NCBI GenBank assembly: GCA_900617105.1
Contig: UYFQ01000001.1
Coordinates: forward strand, 124,001-188,000
Reading direction: 5' to 3'
DNA length: 64,000 nt
Source: Hydrurus foetidus
Taxonomy: Eukaryota
In this document: in pieces, positions 24,313-33,557 of the stretch
How the letters are laid out: every line of letters starts with the position of its first letter
Position numbering within the stretch: the stretch's first letter is position 1
The notes under the pieces: generated by a model
Told to the model about the DNA's origin: nothing
What the model saw: only the letters and a program-made list of their open reading frames with translations
Databases searched by the model: none
Position numbers and translations under genes: made by a program

Positions 24313-25721
24313 CATCTCGTTATACACAACTCTCCCGAGCCTAAGGTATGCTGCGAATTTAATAGCATGAAACACAAGTGAACTGGGCAAAAAGGGAGTT
24401 TGAGACGATGGATTTGGGCGACAAGAGGCGCAACAAACGTGCAATCAAGATGATGGAAGGCTTCAGCGCGATGCCCACCGGTAGCATCCCCAAGCCTGCG
24501 GGGACTGGGCCGACACCTTAGGGGCGTACCGCTTCTTCGACAACGATGCCTTCGAATGGACTGACATCTTGGAGCCCCACGTCCAAAGCAGCATGACCCG
24601 TATGGCGGCGCACCCCGTCGTGCTGTGCATCCAAGACACCACCGAACTCGACTTCAACGGCCAACAAGCTGCGGGACTGGGACCCCTGAGCTACGCCCCA
24701 CAGCGCGGCATGTACCTGCACCCCACCTACGCCATTTCTACCACCCGCGAACCGCTGGGCGTGCTGGACGCATGGATGTGGGCACGCAAGGCAAAAAATG
24801 CTGACGGCACACGCCCCGGAGTCAGCGAGAGTTTGCGCTGGACAGAAGGCTACGAACGCCTGGCCGAGATAGCCCCGCTGCTGCCCCTTACCCGACTGGT
24901 GTACTTGGCAGACCGCGAGGCCGACATCATGGAGTTAATGGTGCGTGCCCGCGAACTCCAAACCCCGGTGGACTGGCTGGTGCGCTCCAAACACAACCGC
25001 GCACTGGGGGCGGGAGCCAAACTGTGGCCCCAAGTAACGGCCACCCAAGCCCTGGGCACGATCCGTTTCACCATGCCTGCGCGACAGGGCAAAGCCACCC
25101 GCGAGGTAGAGCAACAGGTGTGGGCTAAAACCGTGCAACTGCGCGACGGCAAAGGCGGCTTTGTCACAGCCAGCTGCATCGTGGCACGCGAGATGACACC
25201 ACCAGCGGGACAGACGGCCATCGAATGGCGACTGCTGACCAACCGGGACGTGGCCACACTGGCACAGGCCACCGAGATGATCGACTGGTACCGCGCCCGC
25301 TGGGAGATAGAGATGTTCTTCCATGTCCTCAAGAACGGTTGCCACGTGGAGGCATTGCAGCTGGGCGACATTGACAGGATCGAGCGTGCGGTGGTGATGT
25401 ACATGATCGTCGCGTGGCGTATTGCGCGGCTGATGCGACTGGGGCGCAGTTGCCCGGAAATGGATGCGGCACTCATGTTTGAGGCGGATGAATGGAAGGC
25501 CGCCTACATCCTGAACAAAGAAAAGATACCGGACAAGCCGCCCACCCTGAATGAAGTGGTTCGACTGGTCGCTCGTCTGGGTGGTTTCTTGGCACGCAAA
25601 GGGGATGGGGAGCCGGGTGTCAAAACCATCTGGCTGGGTATGCAGCGCATCATTGACTTCGCTGCTGGGATCAGGTTCTCACGGGAGCTTCTGGCTCAGG
25701 GGATTTGTGTATAACGAGATG
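24313..25721 (+). mobile_element. IS4-family (IS50/Tn5-like) insertion sequence, 1409 bp
   Basis: 17-bp terminal inverted repeats CATCTCGTTATACACAA; 9-bp target duplication GACTTAACC (24304-24312, 25722-25730). Confidence 0.95.
24378..25714 (+). pseudogene. IS4 transposase with a 1-bp deletion (C4 vs C5) near 24490
   Basis: IQDTT, DREAD, YRARWEIE motifs; N-terminus out of frame relative to the intact copy at 30134-31471; may be a homopolymer error. Confidence 0.85.
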
Positions 25722-26372
25722 GACTTAACCACCGAGCTGTTCCAGTCGCCGTCAGGGATTTTTACTCAGCGCGTGCGCTTCTCCAGATCGTCTCTTTCCT
25801 TCTTCAGATTGAGGATTTCCGCGTGGATTTTGGATTGTTCACTGACGGGGATGATCTTGTTTGCCATCAAACTGCCCTCAAGACTTTGAATTTTGGCCGC
25901 AATCTGTCGAACACGGTCGAAATAAAAATGCATGTGGCTCATGATATGTCCTTAAAACTACAGTAACGAATGGTAATCAATGTGGCCGTGTGGGCACAGT
26001 CCTCTTATGATTGTTGACTCGTGAGCATAGGCATTGAGATTGTTTTGCGATAGTCCGGTGGCCTTCGCGGCTTTCCAGTTGCGTGGCGAGCCCAACCAGC
26101 GATTTGGATTAGCCTGAGGTGCACTGGCGTAAATTATTCAGCTCATTCATATCTGTCTCACCGGTGTAGCGCTGCGCGCCCGCTGTAATTTGGGCCCGAG
26201 CTGACTGGATGCGATCCTCCGTTCACTCAATGGCGTGCTCCAAGGTAATGGCCGGTAGTTTTCCGTTGTGAAAAACAGGTCCTCTATAGCTGTGAAGCCG
26301 GCCTCGATGCGGGTCAGTATTGCCCTCGGTCTCGCGTGGCGTTGACTTCAAACGAAGTGCTGTACTCATGAA

Positions 26373-27032
26373 CTATGCCCTATTCAAATAGCGTTTCACC
26401 CATACCGTTACCGTGTCTGACAGCATGCGCGCCTGCACGCTGGCGCCAATGGGCAGGCGCAACCAACTCCAGGCGCGCAAGTCGTCACCGCTTTCTTGCA
26501 TGTGGCCTTGCAGCACCAGCAGCTCTGCACCATGGGCAAATGTCTCAGTCCAGAGGTGGTCGCGTTGCCAGTATTCGGCGCGCACGACTTCCCGCGCATC
26601 GCTGTGCAAATCTTGCACCAGCACGCCGGGGCGCTGGGCATCGGTGCGCTTGGGGGCGGTGTTCAGATCGACCTCCACAAATTGGCGGTCATGCGCGTCG
26701 AACTGACGCAGCTTGACGAAGATGACCGCACCCTGTGGCGAGCCCGGTGTGTGTTGGCTGCCGGGTGGGTTGCGCACGTAGCGGCCCACGGGATGGTCGC
26801 CCAGTTCATCCTGGAACACGCCCTCTAGCACCAAATACTCCTCGCCCATGTCATGGGTATGCGCGGAAAAAGTGGCACCCTTGGCATAGCGAACAATGCT
26901 GGTCGCCACCGCAACCTCATCACCCCTGCGCGCCAGCATGCGCCGCTCCACCCCTACCAGCGGCGAAGGCAGCCACGGCAAGCTATCGCCATGCACCAAG
27001 GTGCGTATCGAGTCGTCCGCATTGATCAGCAT
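26373..27032 (-). CDS. ChrR-like double cupin protein
   Basis: WLPSPLVGVERRML, HTHDMGEEYLVLEG, YVRNPPGSQH, IFVKLRQF. Confidence 0.85.
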   Translation of the reverse strand: MLINADDSIRTLVHGDSLPWLPSPLVGVERRMLARRGDEVAVATSIVRYAKGATFSAHTHDMGEEYLVLEGVFQDELGDHPVGRYVRNPPGSQHTPGSPQGAVIFVKLRQFDAHDRQFVEVDLNTAPKRTDAQRPGVLVQDLHSDAREVVRAEYWQRDHLWTETFAHGAELLVLQGHMQESGDDLRAWSWLRLPIGASVQARMLSDTVTVWVKRYLNRA

Positions 27033-28147
27033 AGGGCCTCCTTTGACCTGACCGTTAGGCATTCTTCGACGACAAGCTCAGCAGAGCGCACCGCACCTTC
27101 GAGGTAGCCCGTGAACTCGTCGGCAAACTCGGAACCCGCCAAAAAGGCCAGACCGTTCCAAGGTTCAGGCAACTTTCTTTGCGGTGGCTCCGGGTGTCGG
27201 TTCACCGGCAAGGCATCCGTTGCCGTTGCCGTGTGCGGGTCTTGCGCCCAGTCTTTGACTTTGACCCATTCAGGCTGGGCCGCCTGGGGGCCAAACAGGT
27301 GGGTCAGTTGTTTCACACTGCGCTCTATCACTTCATCCTCGCCCAATTTGGCGCGCCAGGGTGCAGGAATGCCCACAAAGCCAAACAGCGCGGCCGACTC
27401 GCCCGAGGCATCGCTGGCATCATGAATCTCCACCAAGGGCCCGGCCTGGCTGGAGGCGTAGCCAGACAAACCGGCTTCGCGCCAAAACGCTGTGGGGTAG
27501 GCTGCCACCAATTTGGCTTGTCCGGCCATCCACGTGGGCGAACCCTGCCACTGCGCGATCAAGCCCGGGGGCAGCGCCGGCTCCCAACGAATGCGCTCCG
27601 CCAGCAGGCGGGGCGGCAGGGTGACGATGACAGCGGCCCCATGCCACTGCTGCTCGCCCTGTGGGTCCTGCACGGTGAGGGCCACGCCACCCTCGGGTAC
27701 ATGGCGAATCATCGTCACCTGTGCGTTGAACAGCAACTGCGTGCGATCAAGCCGAGCCAACAGTGCGTTCACCAGCGCCGCCGTGCCGCCCACCCAGCGC
27801 TGCGACGCGGGCTCCTGTGCGTACGTGGCGGCGTAGCGCTGTAGCTGGTGGTTTTGCATTTCCACCACGGCTGCGCCGCGCTGGTATTGCGTGAAGCGCT
27901 GCAAGCCCAGCGTGTCGGACCAGTGGCTGAGCCGCTCGTTCATGCCCGGCCACATCCAGCTTGGGCCCAGATCGGCAGCGCAGGTGGTGGATGTATCGCT
28001 GAGCACGCGCCCGCCAATGCGTTCGCGCGACTCCAGCAACAGTACCGATTTCCCCTGCTGCTCCAACAAGTAGGCGCTGAGCAGGCCAGCCAGGCCTGCG
28101 CCTACGACAACGATGGCATCAGGCGACGCACGGAAGGAGGTGTTCAT
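27026..28147 (-). CDS. Flavin monoamine oxidase family protein
   Basis: VVGAGLAGL, RIGGR, DLGPSW, GYLEGA. Confidence 0.9.
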   Translation of the reverse strand: MNTSFRASPDAIVVVGAGLAGLLSAYLLEQQGKSVLLLESRERIGGRVLSDTSTTCAADLGPSWMWPGMNERLSHWSDTLGLQRFTQYQRGAAVVEMQNHQLQRYAATYAQEPASQRWVGGTAALVNALLARLDRTQLLFNAQVTMIRHVPEGGVALTVQDPQGEQQWHGAAVIVTLPPRLLAERIRWEPALPPGLIAQWQGSPTWMAGQAKLVAAYPTAFWREAGLSGYASSQAGPLVEIHDASDASGESAALFGFVGIPAPWRAKLGEDEVIERSVKQLTHLFGPQAAQPEWVKVKDWAQDPHTATATDALPVNRHPEPPQRKLPEPWNGLAFLAGSEFADEFTGYLEGAVRSAELVVEECLTVRSKEALC

Positions 28148-28263
28148 AACGAGTCCTAATATTTTGTTCACAAGTTGCCGTCAGGTGCTTGCAGGGCAAG
28201 CACTTTCCTGCCCCACCCAGTATGCATTTCAGCTGCTGTACCCAGCGGGCCAAGACCGCATGC

Positions 28264-28977
28264 TCAGCCTTTGAGTCGCTCAGCAAGGGCCTCGGCCAGC
28301 GGAGGTGCGGAGGCCGGGCTTTGGCCGGTCATCAAGGCGCCATCAACGACCACGTTGGCCTCCCAGTTGGCCTTGCTTTGGTACTTCGCACCACGGCCCT
28401 TGAGTTCGTCCTCCAGCGAGAACAACAAGTGTTGGAGCAACTCGATCTCCGTGTCTTCCTCGTTCTTGAAGCCGGTTAGGTTCAATCCCTTGACCAGATA
28501 TTCCCCATTTGGCAGTTTCACGTCGCGCAGAATGGCGGGCGCATGACACACCATGGCGATGGGGCGGTTGCTGGTGTAGAAGTCCTGAATCAACTTGATC
28601 AGGTGCGAATCGTGCGCCAGATCCCACAGCAGACCATAACCGCCAGGGATAAAGACAGCGTCGAAAGTGTCATCATTGATGTTGCGCAGTTTGCGGGTGT
28701 TTTTTGCGGCATGCAAGGCGACAGGATCGTTCAGGAAACGCGCTGTGTACTCGGTAGTGAAGGGCGCCTTCATGCTGAGCAGGTCAATCGGTGCCTCACC
28801 ACCTTCAGGCGAAGCGAACACCACCTCGTATCCCGCTTCGGTCAGGATGTAATACGGCGCAGCCAGTTCGGTAAACCAGGTGCCTGTTTGCTTACCGCTG
28901 ATACCCATTTCGTCCACAGACGACATGACCAATAAAACACGCTTTTGTTTGTTGCCGGTTGTCATGGTTAACTCCAT
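28264..28977 (-). CDS. DJ-1/PfpI (Hsp31-like) protein
   Basis: TGTWFTELAAPY, PGGYG, VCHAPA, TGQSPAS. Confidence 0.9.
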   Translation of the reverse strand: MELTMTTGNKQKRVLLVMSSVDEMGISGKQTGTWFTELAAPYYILTEAGYEVVFASPEGGEAPIDLLSMKAPFTTEYTARFLNDPVALHAAKNTRKLRNINDDTFDAVFIPGGYGLLWDLAHDSHLIKLIQDFYTSNRPIAMVCHAPAILRDVKLPNGEYLVKGLNLTGFKNEEDTEIELLQHLLFSLEDELKGRGAKYQSKANWEANVVVDGALMTGQSPASAPPLAEALAERLKG

Positions 28978-29092
28978 TGCCTTGAAGGCTTTTCAATCCA
29001 TAAAAAATCAGATGCTCGAACCATTTCTTGCATCACCCTTGCGCTTCACTGGCTGAACACGTTCAACCAGCGTTGCTCTTTTTGCCACATAA

Positions 29093-29110
29093 CTACCTAC
29101 TAATAGGTAG
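29093..29110. promoter_or_regulatory. Probable TetR operator upstream of the DJ-1 operon
   Basis: CTACCTA-CTAA-TAGGTAG palindrome, same arms as 29740-29757. Confidence 0.75.
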
Positions 29111-29132
29111 GTGACGAAATTAAAAAAACGAC

Positions 29133-29717
29133 TCACGTCTTGATGCTTGAGAGAAACACATCCAACATACGACGAGGACCCATCGGGGTTTTCAAACTAC
29201 GCCCCACCAGCATGGCGCCTTCAAGGAGCGACAGCAGGGTCTCGGCGAGCTCTTGCGGCGTGTGGTTGCTCTGCAGAGTCTTGCTAACAAAACCCTCCTT
29301 GATGACATCACTGAGCCAAACCATGTTCAACTGAAAGAACGACCTTACTTCGATGCTCACGGCTGCGTCCAAGGAATTGGACTCCGCCCCCAACATGCCA
29401 CAAACGCACAGATGGTGGTCATTCGCGAATGTGGTCTCGAACAAATCTGCATACGCTCTCAAGCGCAGTGGTGCAGATTTGACCGACACGCTGATGTGCC
29501 GCAGTGCGTCGTCAAACTGAGAGGTATAGCGCTGAACCACCGTCACACCCAACGCCGCTTTGGAGCCAAAGTGATGGTGAATGCTGGCCTTACGCATGCC
29601 CACGATCTGAGAGATGTGCTCAAACGAAAACCCGTTGTAACCCACCTGCTGTATCAGGGTCTGCGCCGCATCAGCAATGCGCTGAGCCGAAGGGGAAAGT
29701 TCTGGGGGCATGGACAT
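29133..29717 (-). CDS. TetR/AcrR-family regulator (NemR-like)
   Basis: GYNGFSF...KASIHHHFGSK HTH; LCVCGML. Confidence 0.92.
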   Translation of the reverse strand: MSMPPELSPSAQRIADAAQTLIQQVGYNGFSFEHISQIVGMRKASIHHHFGSKAALGVTVVQRYTSQFDDALRHISVSVKSAPLRLRAYADLFETTFANDHHLCVCGMLGAESNSLDAAVSIEVRSFFQLNMVWLSDVIKEGFVSKTLQSNHTPQELAETLLSLLEGAMLVGRSLKTPMGPRRMLDVFLSSIKT

Positions 29718-29739
29718 GGAGACGCTCTTGTTGAGTTTG

Positions 29740-29757
29740 CTACCTATCAGTAGGTAG
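29740..29757. promoter_or_regulatory. Probable TetR autoregulatory operator
   Basis: CTACCTA-TCAG-TAGGTAG just upstream of the tetR start. Confidence 0.75.
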
Positions 29758-29970
29758 GTTTAATTGTAGCCAATTAAGGAGAGACGTCAACCACTTTTCG
29801 AAAACATTTTGTAGCGCGCAAAAATGCGTCCCAAACGTCTGCTGAGGTTCCTCCGATCGGCTCCCCAGCAGTCTGATCTTGTGCCCGCCGTGACGTATGC
29901 CTGGCTGGATTTCTTCCACCAATACGCTGTAGGTCATCTTTGATGCCGTCGCCAAACGCGCGGCTGATGG

Positions 29971-30126
29971 CATCTCGTTATACACAACTCTCCCGAGCCC
30001 AAGGTATGCTGCGAATTTAATAGCATGAAATACAAGTGAACTGGGCAACAAGGGAGTTTGAGACGATGGATTTGGGCGACAAGAGGCGCAACAAACGTGC
30101 AATCAAGATGATGGAAGGCTTCAGCG
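29971..30126 (+). mobile_element. 156-bp left-end fragment of the IS4 element
   Basis: Starts with the TIR; matches the IS left end with about 3 substitutions; cut off by the inverted full copy. Confidence 0.9.
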
Positions 30127-31536
30127 CATCTCGTTATACACAAATCCCCTGAGCCAGAAGCTCCCGTGAGAACCTGATCCCAGCAGCGAAGTCAATGATG
30201 CGCTGCATACCCAGCCAGATGGTTTTGACACCCGGCTCCCCATCCCCTTTGCGTGCCAAGAAACCACCCAGACGAGCGACCAGTCGAACCACTTCATTCA
30301 GGGTGGGCGGCTTGTCCGGTATCTTTTCTTTGTTCAGGATGTAGGCGGCCTTCCATTCATCCGCCTCAAACATGAGTGCCGCATCCATTTCCGGGCAACT
30401 GCGCCCCAGTCGCATCAGCCGCGCAATACGCCACGCGACGATCATGTACATCACCACCGCACGCTCGATCCTGTCAATGTCGCCCAGCTGCAATGCCTCC
30501 ACGTGGCAACCGTTCTTGAGGACATGGAAGAACATCTCTATCTCCCAGCGGGCGCGGTACCAGTCGATCATCTCGGTGGCCTGTGCCAGTGTGGCCACGT
30601 CCCGGTTGGTCAGCAGTCGCCATTCGATGGCCGTCTGTCCCGCTGGTGGTGTCATCTCGCGTGCCACGATGCAGCTGGCTGTGACAAAGCCGCCTTTGCC
30701 GTCGCGCAGTTGCACGGTTTTAGCCCACACCTGTTGCTCTACCTCGCGGGTGGCTTTGCCCTGTCGCGCAGGCATGGTGAAACGGATCGTGCCCAGGGCT
30801 TGGGTGGCCGTTACTTGGGGCCACAGTTTGGCTCCCGCCCCCAGTGCGCGGTTGTGTTTGGAGCGCACCAGCCAGTCCACCGGGGTTTGGAGTTCGCGGG
30901 CACGCACCATTAACTCCATGATGTCGGCCTCGCGGTCTGCCAAGTACACCAGTCGGGTAAGGGGCAGCAGCGGGGCTATCTCGGCCAGGCGTTCGTAGCC
31001 TTCTGTCCAGCGCAAACTCTCGCTGACTCCGGGGCGTGTGCCGTCAGCATTTTTTGCCTTGCGTGCCCACATCCATGCGTCCAGCACGCCCAGCGGTTCG
31101 CGGGTGGTAGAAATGGCGTAGGTGGGGTGCAGGTACATGCCGCGCTGTGGCGCGTAGCTCAGGGGTCCCAGTCCCGCAGCTTGTTGGCCGTTGAAGTCGA
31201 GTTCGGTGGTGTCTTGGATGCACAGCACGACGGGGTGCGCCGCCATACGGGTCATGCTGCTTTGGACGTGGGGCTCCAAGATGTCAGTCCATTCGAAGGC
31301 ATCGTTGTCGAAGAAGCGGTACGCCCCCAAGGTGTCGGCCCAGTCCCCGCAGGCTTGGGGGATGCTACCGGTGGGCATCGCGCTGAAGCCTTCCATCATC
31401 TTGATTGCACGTTTGTTGCGCCTCTTGTCGCCCAAATCCATCGTCTCAAACTCCCTTTTTGCCCAGTTCACTTGTGTTTCATGCTATTAAATTCGCAGCA
31501 TACCTTAGGCTCGGGAGAGTTGTGTATAACGAGATG
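30127..31536 (-). mobile_element. IS4-family (IS50-like) insertion sequence, complete 1410-bp copy
   Basis: Both 17-bp TIRs present; near-identical to 24313-25721. Confidence 0.95.
30134..31471 (-). CDS. IS4-family transposase (intact, 445 aa)
   Basis: WAKREF...LGDKRR, DDE motifs, Tn5-like C-terminal LGGFLARKGDGEPG. Confidence 0.95.
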   Translation of the reverse strand: MNWAKREFETMDLGDKRRNKRAIKMMEGFSAMPTGSIPQACGDWADTLGAYRFFDNDAFEWTDILEPHVQSSMTRMAAHPVVLCIQDTTELDFNGQQAAGLGPLSYAPQRGMYLHPTYAISTTREPLGVLDAWMWARKAKNADGTRPGVSESLRWTEGYERLAEIAPLLPLTRLVYLADREADIMELMVRARELQTPVDWLVRSKHNRALGAGAKLWPQVTATQALGTIRFTMPARQGKATREVEQQVWAKTVQLRDGKGGFVTASCIVAREMTPPAGQTAIEWRLLTNRDVATLAQATEMIDWYRARWEIEMFFHVLKNGCHVEALQLGDIDRIERAVVMYMIVAWRIARLMRLGRSCPEMDAALMFEADEWKAAYILNKEKIPDKPPTLNEVVRLVARLGGFLARKGDGEPGVKTIWLGMQRIIDFAAGIRFSRELLAQGICV

Positions 31537-31871
31537 GGCTGATGGCCAGCCAATCCTGTGGCGCGCTGGCGCTGCCGTTCATCACCAGATGGGTGTTAAG
31601 CGTGCGTTGATGGATTTGTTGGATGCGCCCTATCGCCAGGAGGTCTCAGTCGATTCGCGGCTGAATTTTTAGGCCCGTAGCAGGGCCAGTGCTGAGCGTG
31701 GAAAAGAGAGGTTGAGGTGTTGTGTCATGCGTGGGATTAGCAATAAATGCACTTATTTTGCTATAAATATAATAGCTTCATACGTATATTTAATGGCGCT
31801 TGATGCCTATTTGTCCTGAAATTTAGAAATGCTAAGGTCGCCCAGTAGAATGGCCGCCAAAGGGAGACGGC

Positions 31872-32105
31872 ATGACGCCAGAGCAAAAAGCCAGAGTCAG
31901 CATAGACGCACTGCTTGTGCAAGCCGGTTGGCACGTCTGCAACGTGGCAGATGCCAACATCATGTTCTTACCTCCTCGGACAGAACAAGCCCGAATCATC
32001 GCCGAAGTCGACCGCCATCTGTCCATCATCCGTGAAGTCGAAACCGAGGTTGACACCAATTTCCAGCGCGCGCAGGCGACATTGAGCAAGCAATTTCGTA
32101 AGTAG
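31872..32105 (+). pseudogene. Deletion fusion of a type I R-M HsdR N-terminus and an HsdS C-terminus
   Basis: MTPEQKARVSIDALLVQAGW (HsdR-like start) joined to LPPRTEQARIIAEVDRHLSII (HsdS conserved helix). Confidence 0.75.
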
Positions 32106-32115
32106 GGAGAAAAAA

Positions 32116-33018
32116 ATGAGTAAGCAAGCGAAGTTTTATCTTGGGCGGGTACGCAAGCGTGGCGAATTGACTGCGGAGAAAATCGTTGAGGCGATGCGCG
32201 AGCCGGCGACTATTGAGTATCGAGGGACAAGCTACAGCTTCATTGATTTTCAAAGTTTCGGTGCACCAGGACAGGAAACGGGGTTTTACGCAAAGATCGC
32301 TAAGTATCGACAGCTTGGCGCAGTGGAGGTGGTCAGAGAGGACCAGCACGCATCAGCTGCAGCCGCGGTGCCCTATTTGATTGATGTTTCCAGCCCATTC
32401 GTCTATTTGCCAGGTTTTAGTGGCTTGGCATACCGTCATATCTGGAATAGTTTCCCTAGCGATCAGTTCGAAAAGGTATTTAGGGATCTGGTGGAGGCCA
32501 AGTATCAAAAATTCTTTGTTGGTTGTGACATTGAGCCAATTGCAGATCTGCGGACCTTTGTCACTCGACTTTCTGGCTTGAGTGTGATCACGGAATTGCA
32601 AGCGTCTATTTTTCCGCCCAACCCACTGTTTGGTCCTTGTTGGAAATCGCTCAGTGAATACTTGCGAAAACGCAAGCTCACAGAGGCAGTGATCAAGGAG
32701 GAGGGGCCTCAGGGAATTGAAACCAAACTGCCGGAAATTGCAAGGGCTGTTCTCGCCGACTTGCCGCCAGCCGATCTACTTGAATTGATGGAGCCGCTGT
32801 TGGATGGGCTGGGCGATGCTGCGTTGCTCATGGCAGCGGACGGCTACGGCCGTGCGCGGGTAAAGGGACTGGAGCATGGTCGGCCAGTCATTATTCGAAC
32901 CAGCGAAAACCAGAAAAGCTTCCTTTTCGAAGGCGATCCTGAGCCGAGTCGACTTTTCGATCATGCTTTTGAAGCGTTCCAGAAAATTAACGACGAGCGT
33001 GGTTTGGAGCATCCATGA
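32116..33018 (+). CDS. Uncharacterised 300-aa soluble protein (possibly DUF4747-like)
   Basis: GGAG RBS, long ORF in a lower-GC block, FPPNP motif; family call is tentative. Confidence 0.75.
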   Translation: MSKQAKFYLGRVRKRGELTAEKIVEAMREPATIEYRGTSYSFIDFQSFGAPGQETGFYAKIAKYRQLGAVEVVREDQHASAAAAVPYLIDVSSPFVYLPGFSGLAYRHIWNSFPSDQFEKVFRDLVEAKYQKFFVGCDIEPIADLRTFVTRLSGLSVITELQASIFPPNPLFGPCWKSLSEYLRKRKLTEAVIKEEGPQGIETKLPEIARAVLADLPPADLLELMEPLLDGLGDAALLMAADGYGRARVKGLEHGRPVIIRTSENQKSFLFEGDPEPSRLFDHAFEAFQKINDERGLEHP

Positions 33019-33476
33019 AGCGGGTCAAGGATTTCTTGCGTTTGGTATTTATTTCGCCGGAGCTGCTATTTGGTTTAGTGCCGCTTGCTATTTATGCATA
33101 CGAACCAACGTGGGCTGATATTTTGCTTAAGCCAATGAGTGATGGTATTGGTTGGGGGCTATCCGCCGCGGGGCTTGCGATAGGAATGCTCATTTTTAGT
33201 TACAAGGAGAGCTTTGACCTTCTGTCGTTGAGCGGGGGGCGGAAAATATTGATCGAGTGGCCCGACTATCCAATGCTCAAGGTACGGATTTTGGTCGCAT
33301 TGGGATGGTGTCTGGTTGGAGGCTCCGCATGCTTAATTTCAGTGTGGATGGTTGCCAAAGGTTTTTACCCACTGCTTGGGATCACATTTTTAATCAGTGG
33401 CCTTATTGCCGCCGCGACAGCGTCGGCAAGCATTGCACTCGCGCGGATTTCACTGCGCGAATTGCTTGGCGAATGA
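33015..33476 (+). CDS. Small membrane protein with about 4 TM helices
   Basis: Four hydrophobic stretches; ATGA overlap with the upstream gene. Confidence 0.75.
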   Translation: MKRVKDFLRLVFISPELLFGLVPLAIYAYEPTWADILLKPMSDGIGWGLSAAGLAIGMLIFSYKESFDLLSLSGGRKILIEWPDYPMLKVRILVALGWCLVGGSACLISVWMVAKGFYPLLGITFLISGLIAAATASASIALARISLRELLGE

Positions 33477-33557
33477 TTTGAAACACTGACTGACTCTGGG
33501 CAAAAAGGCAGCGCTGCCCTGGCCACACGAATGTGATTTGACTTTAAGAGGATAAAA

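Noticed and set aside
23990..26370. Short minus-strand ORF pieces either side of the first IS4
   Set aside because: Probably a disrupted gene, but I could not recognise a family, so no product is called.
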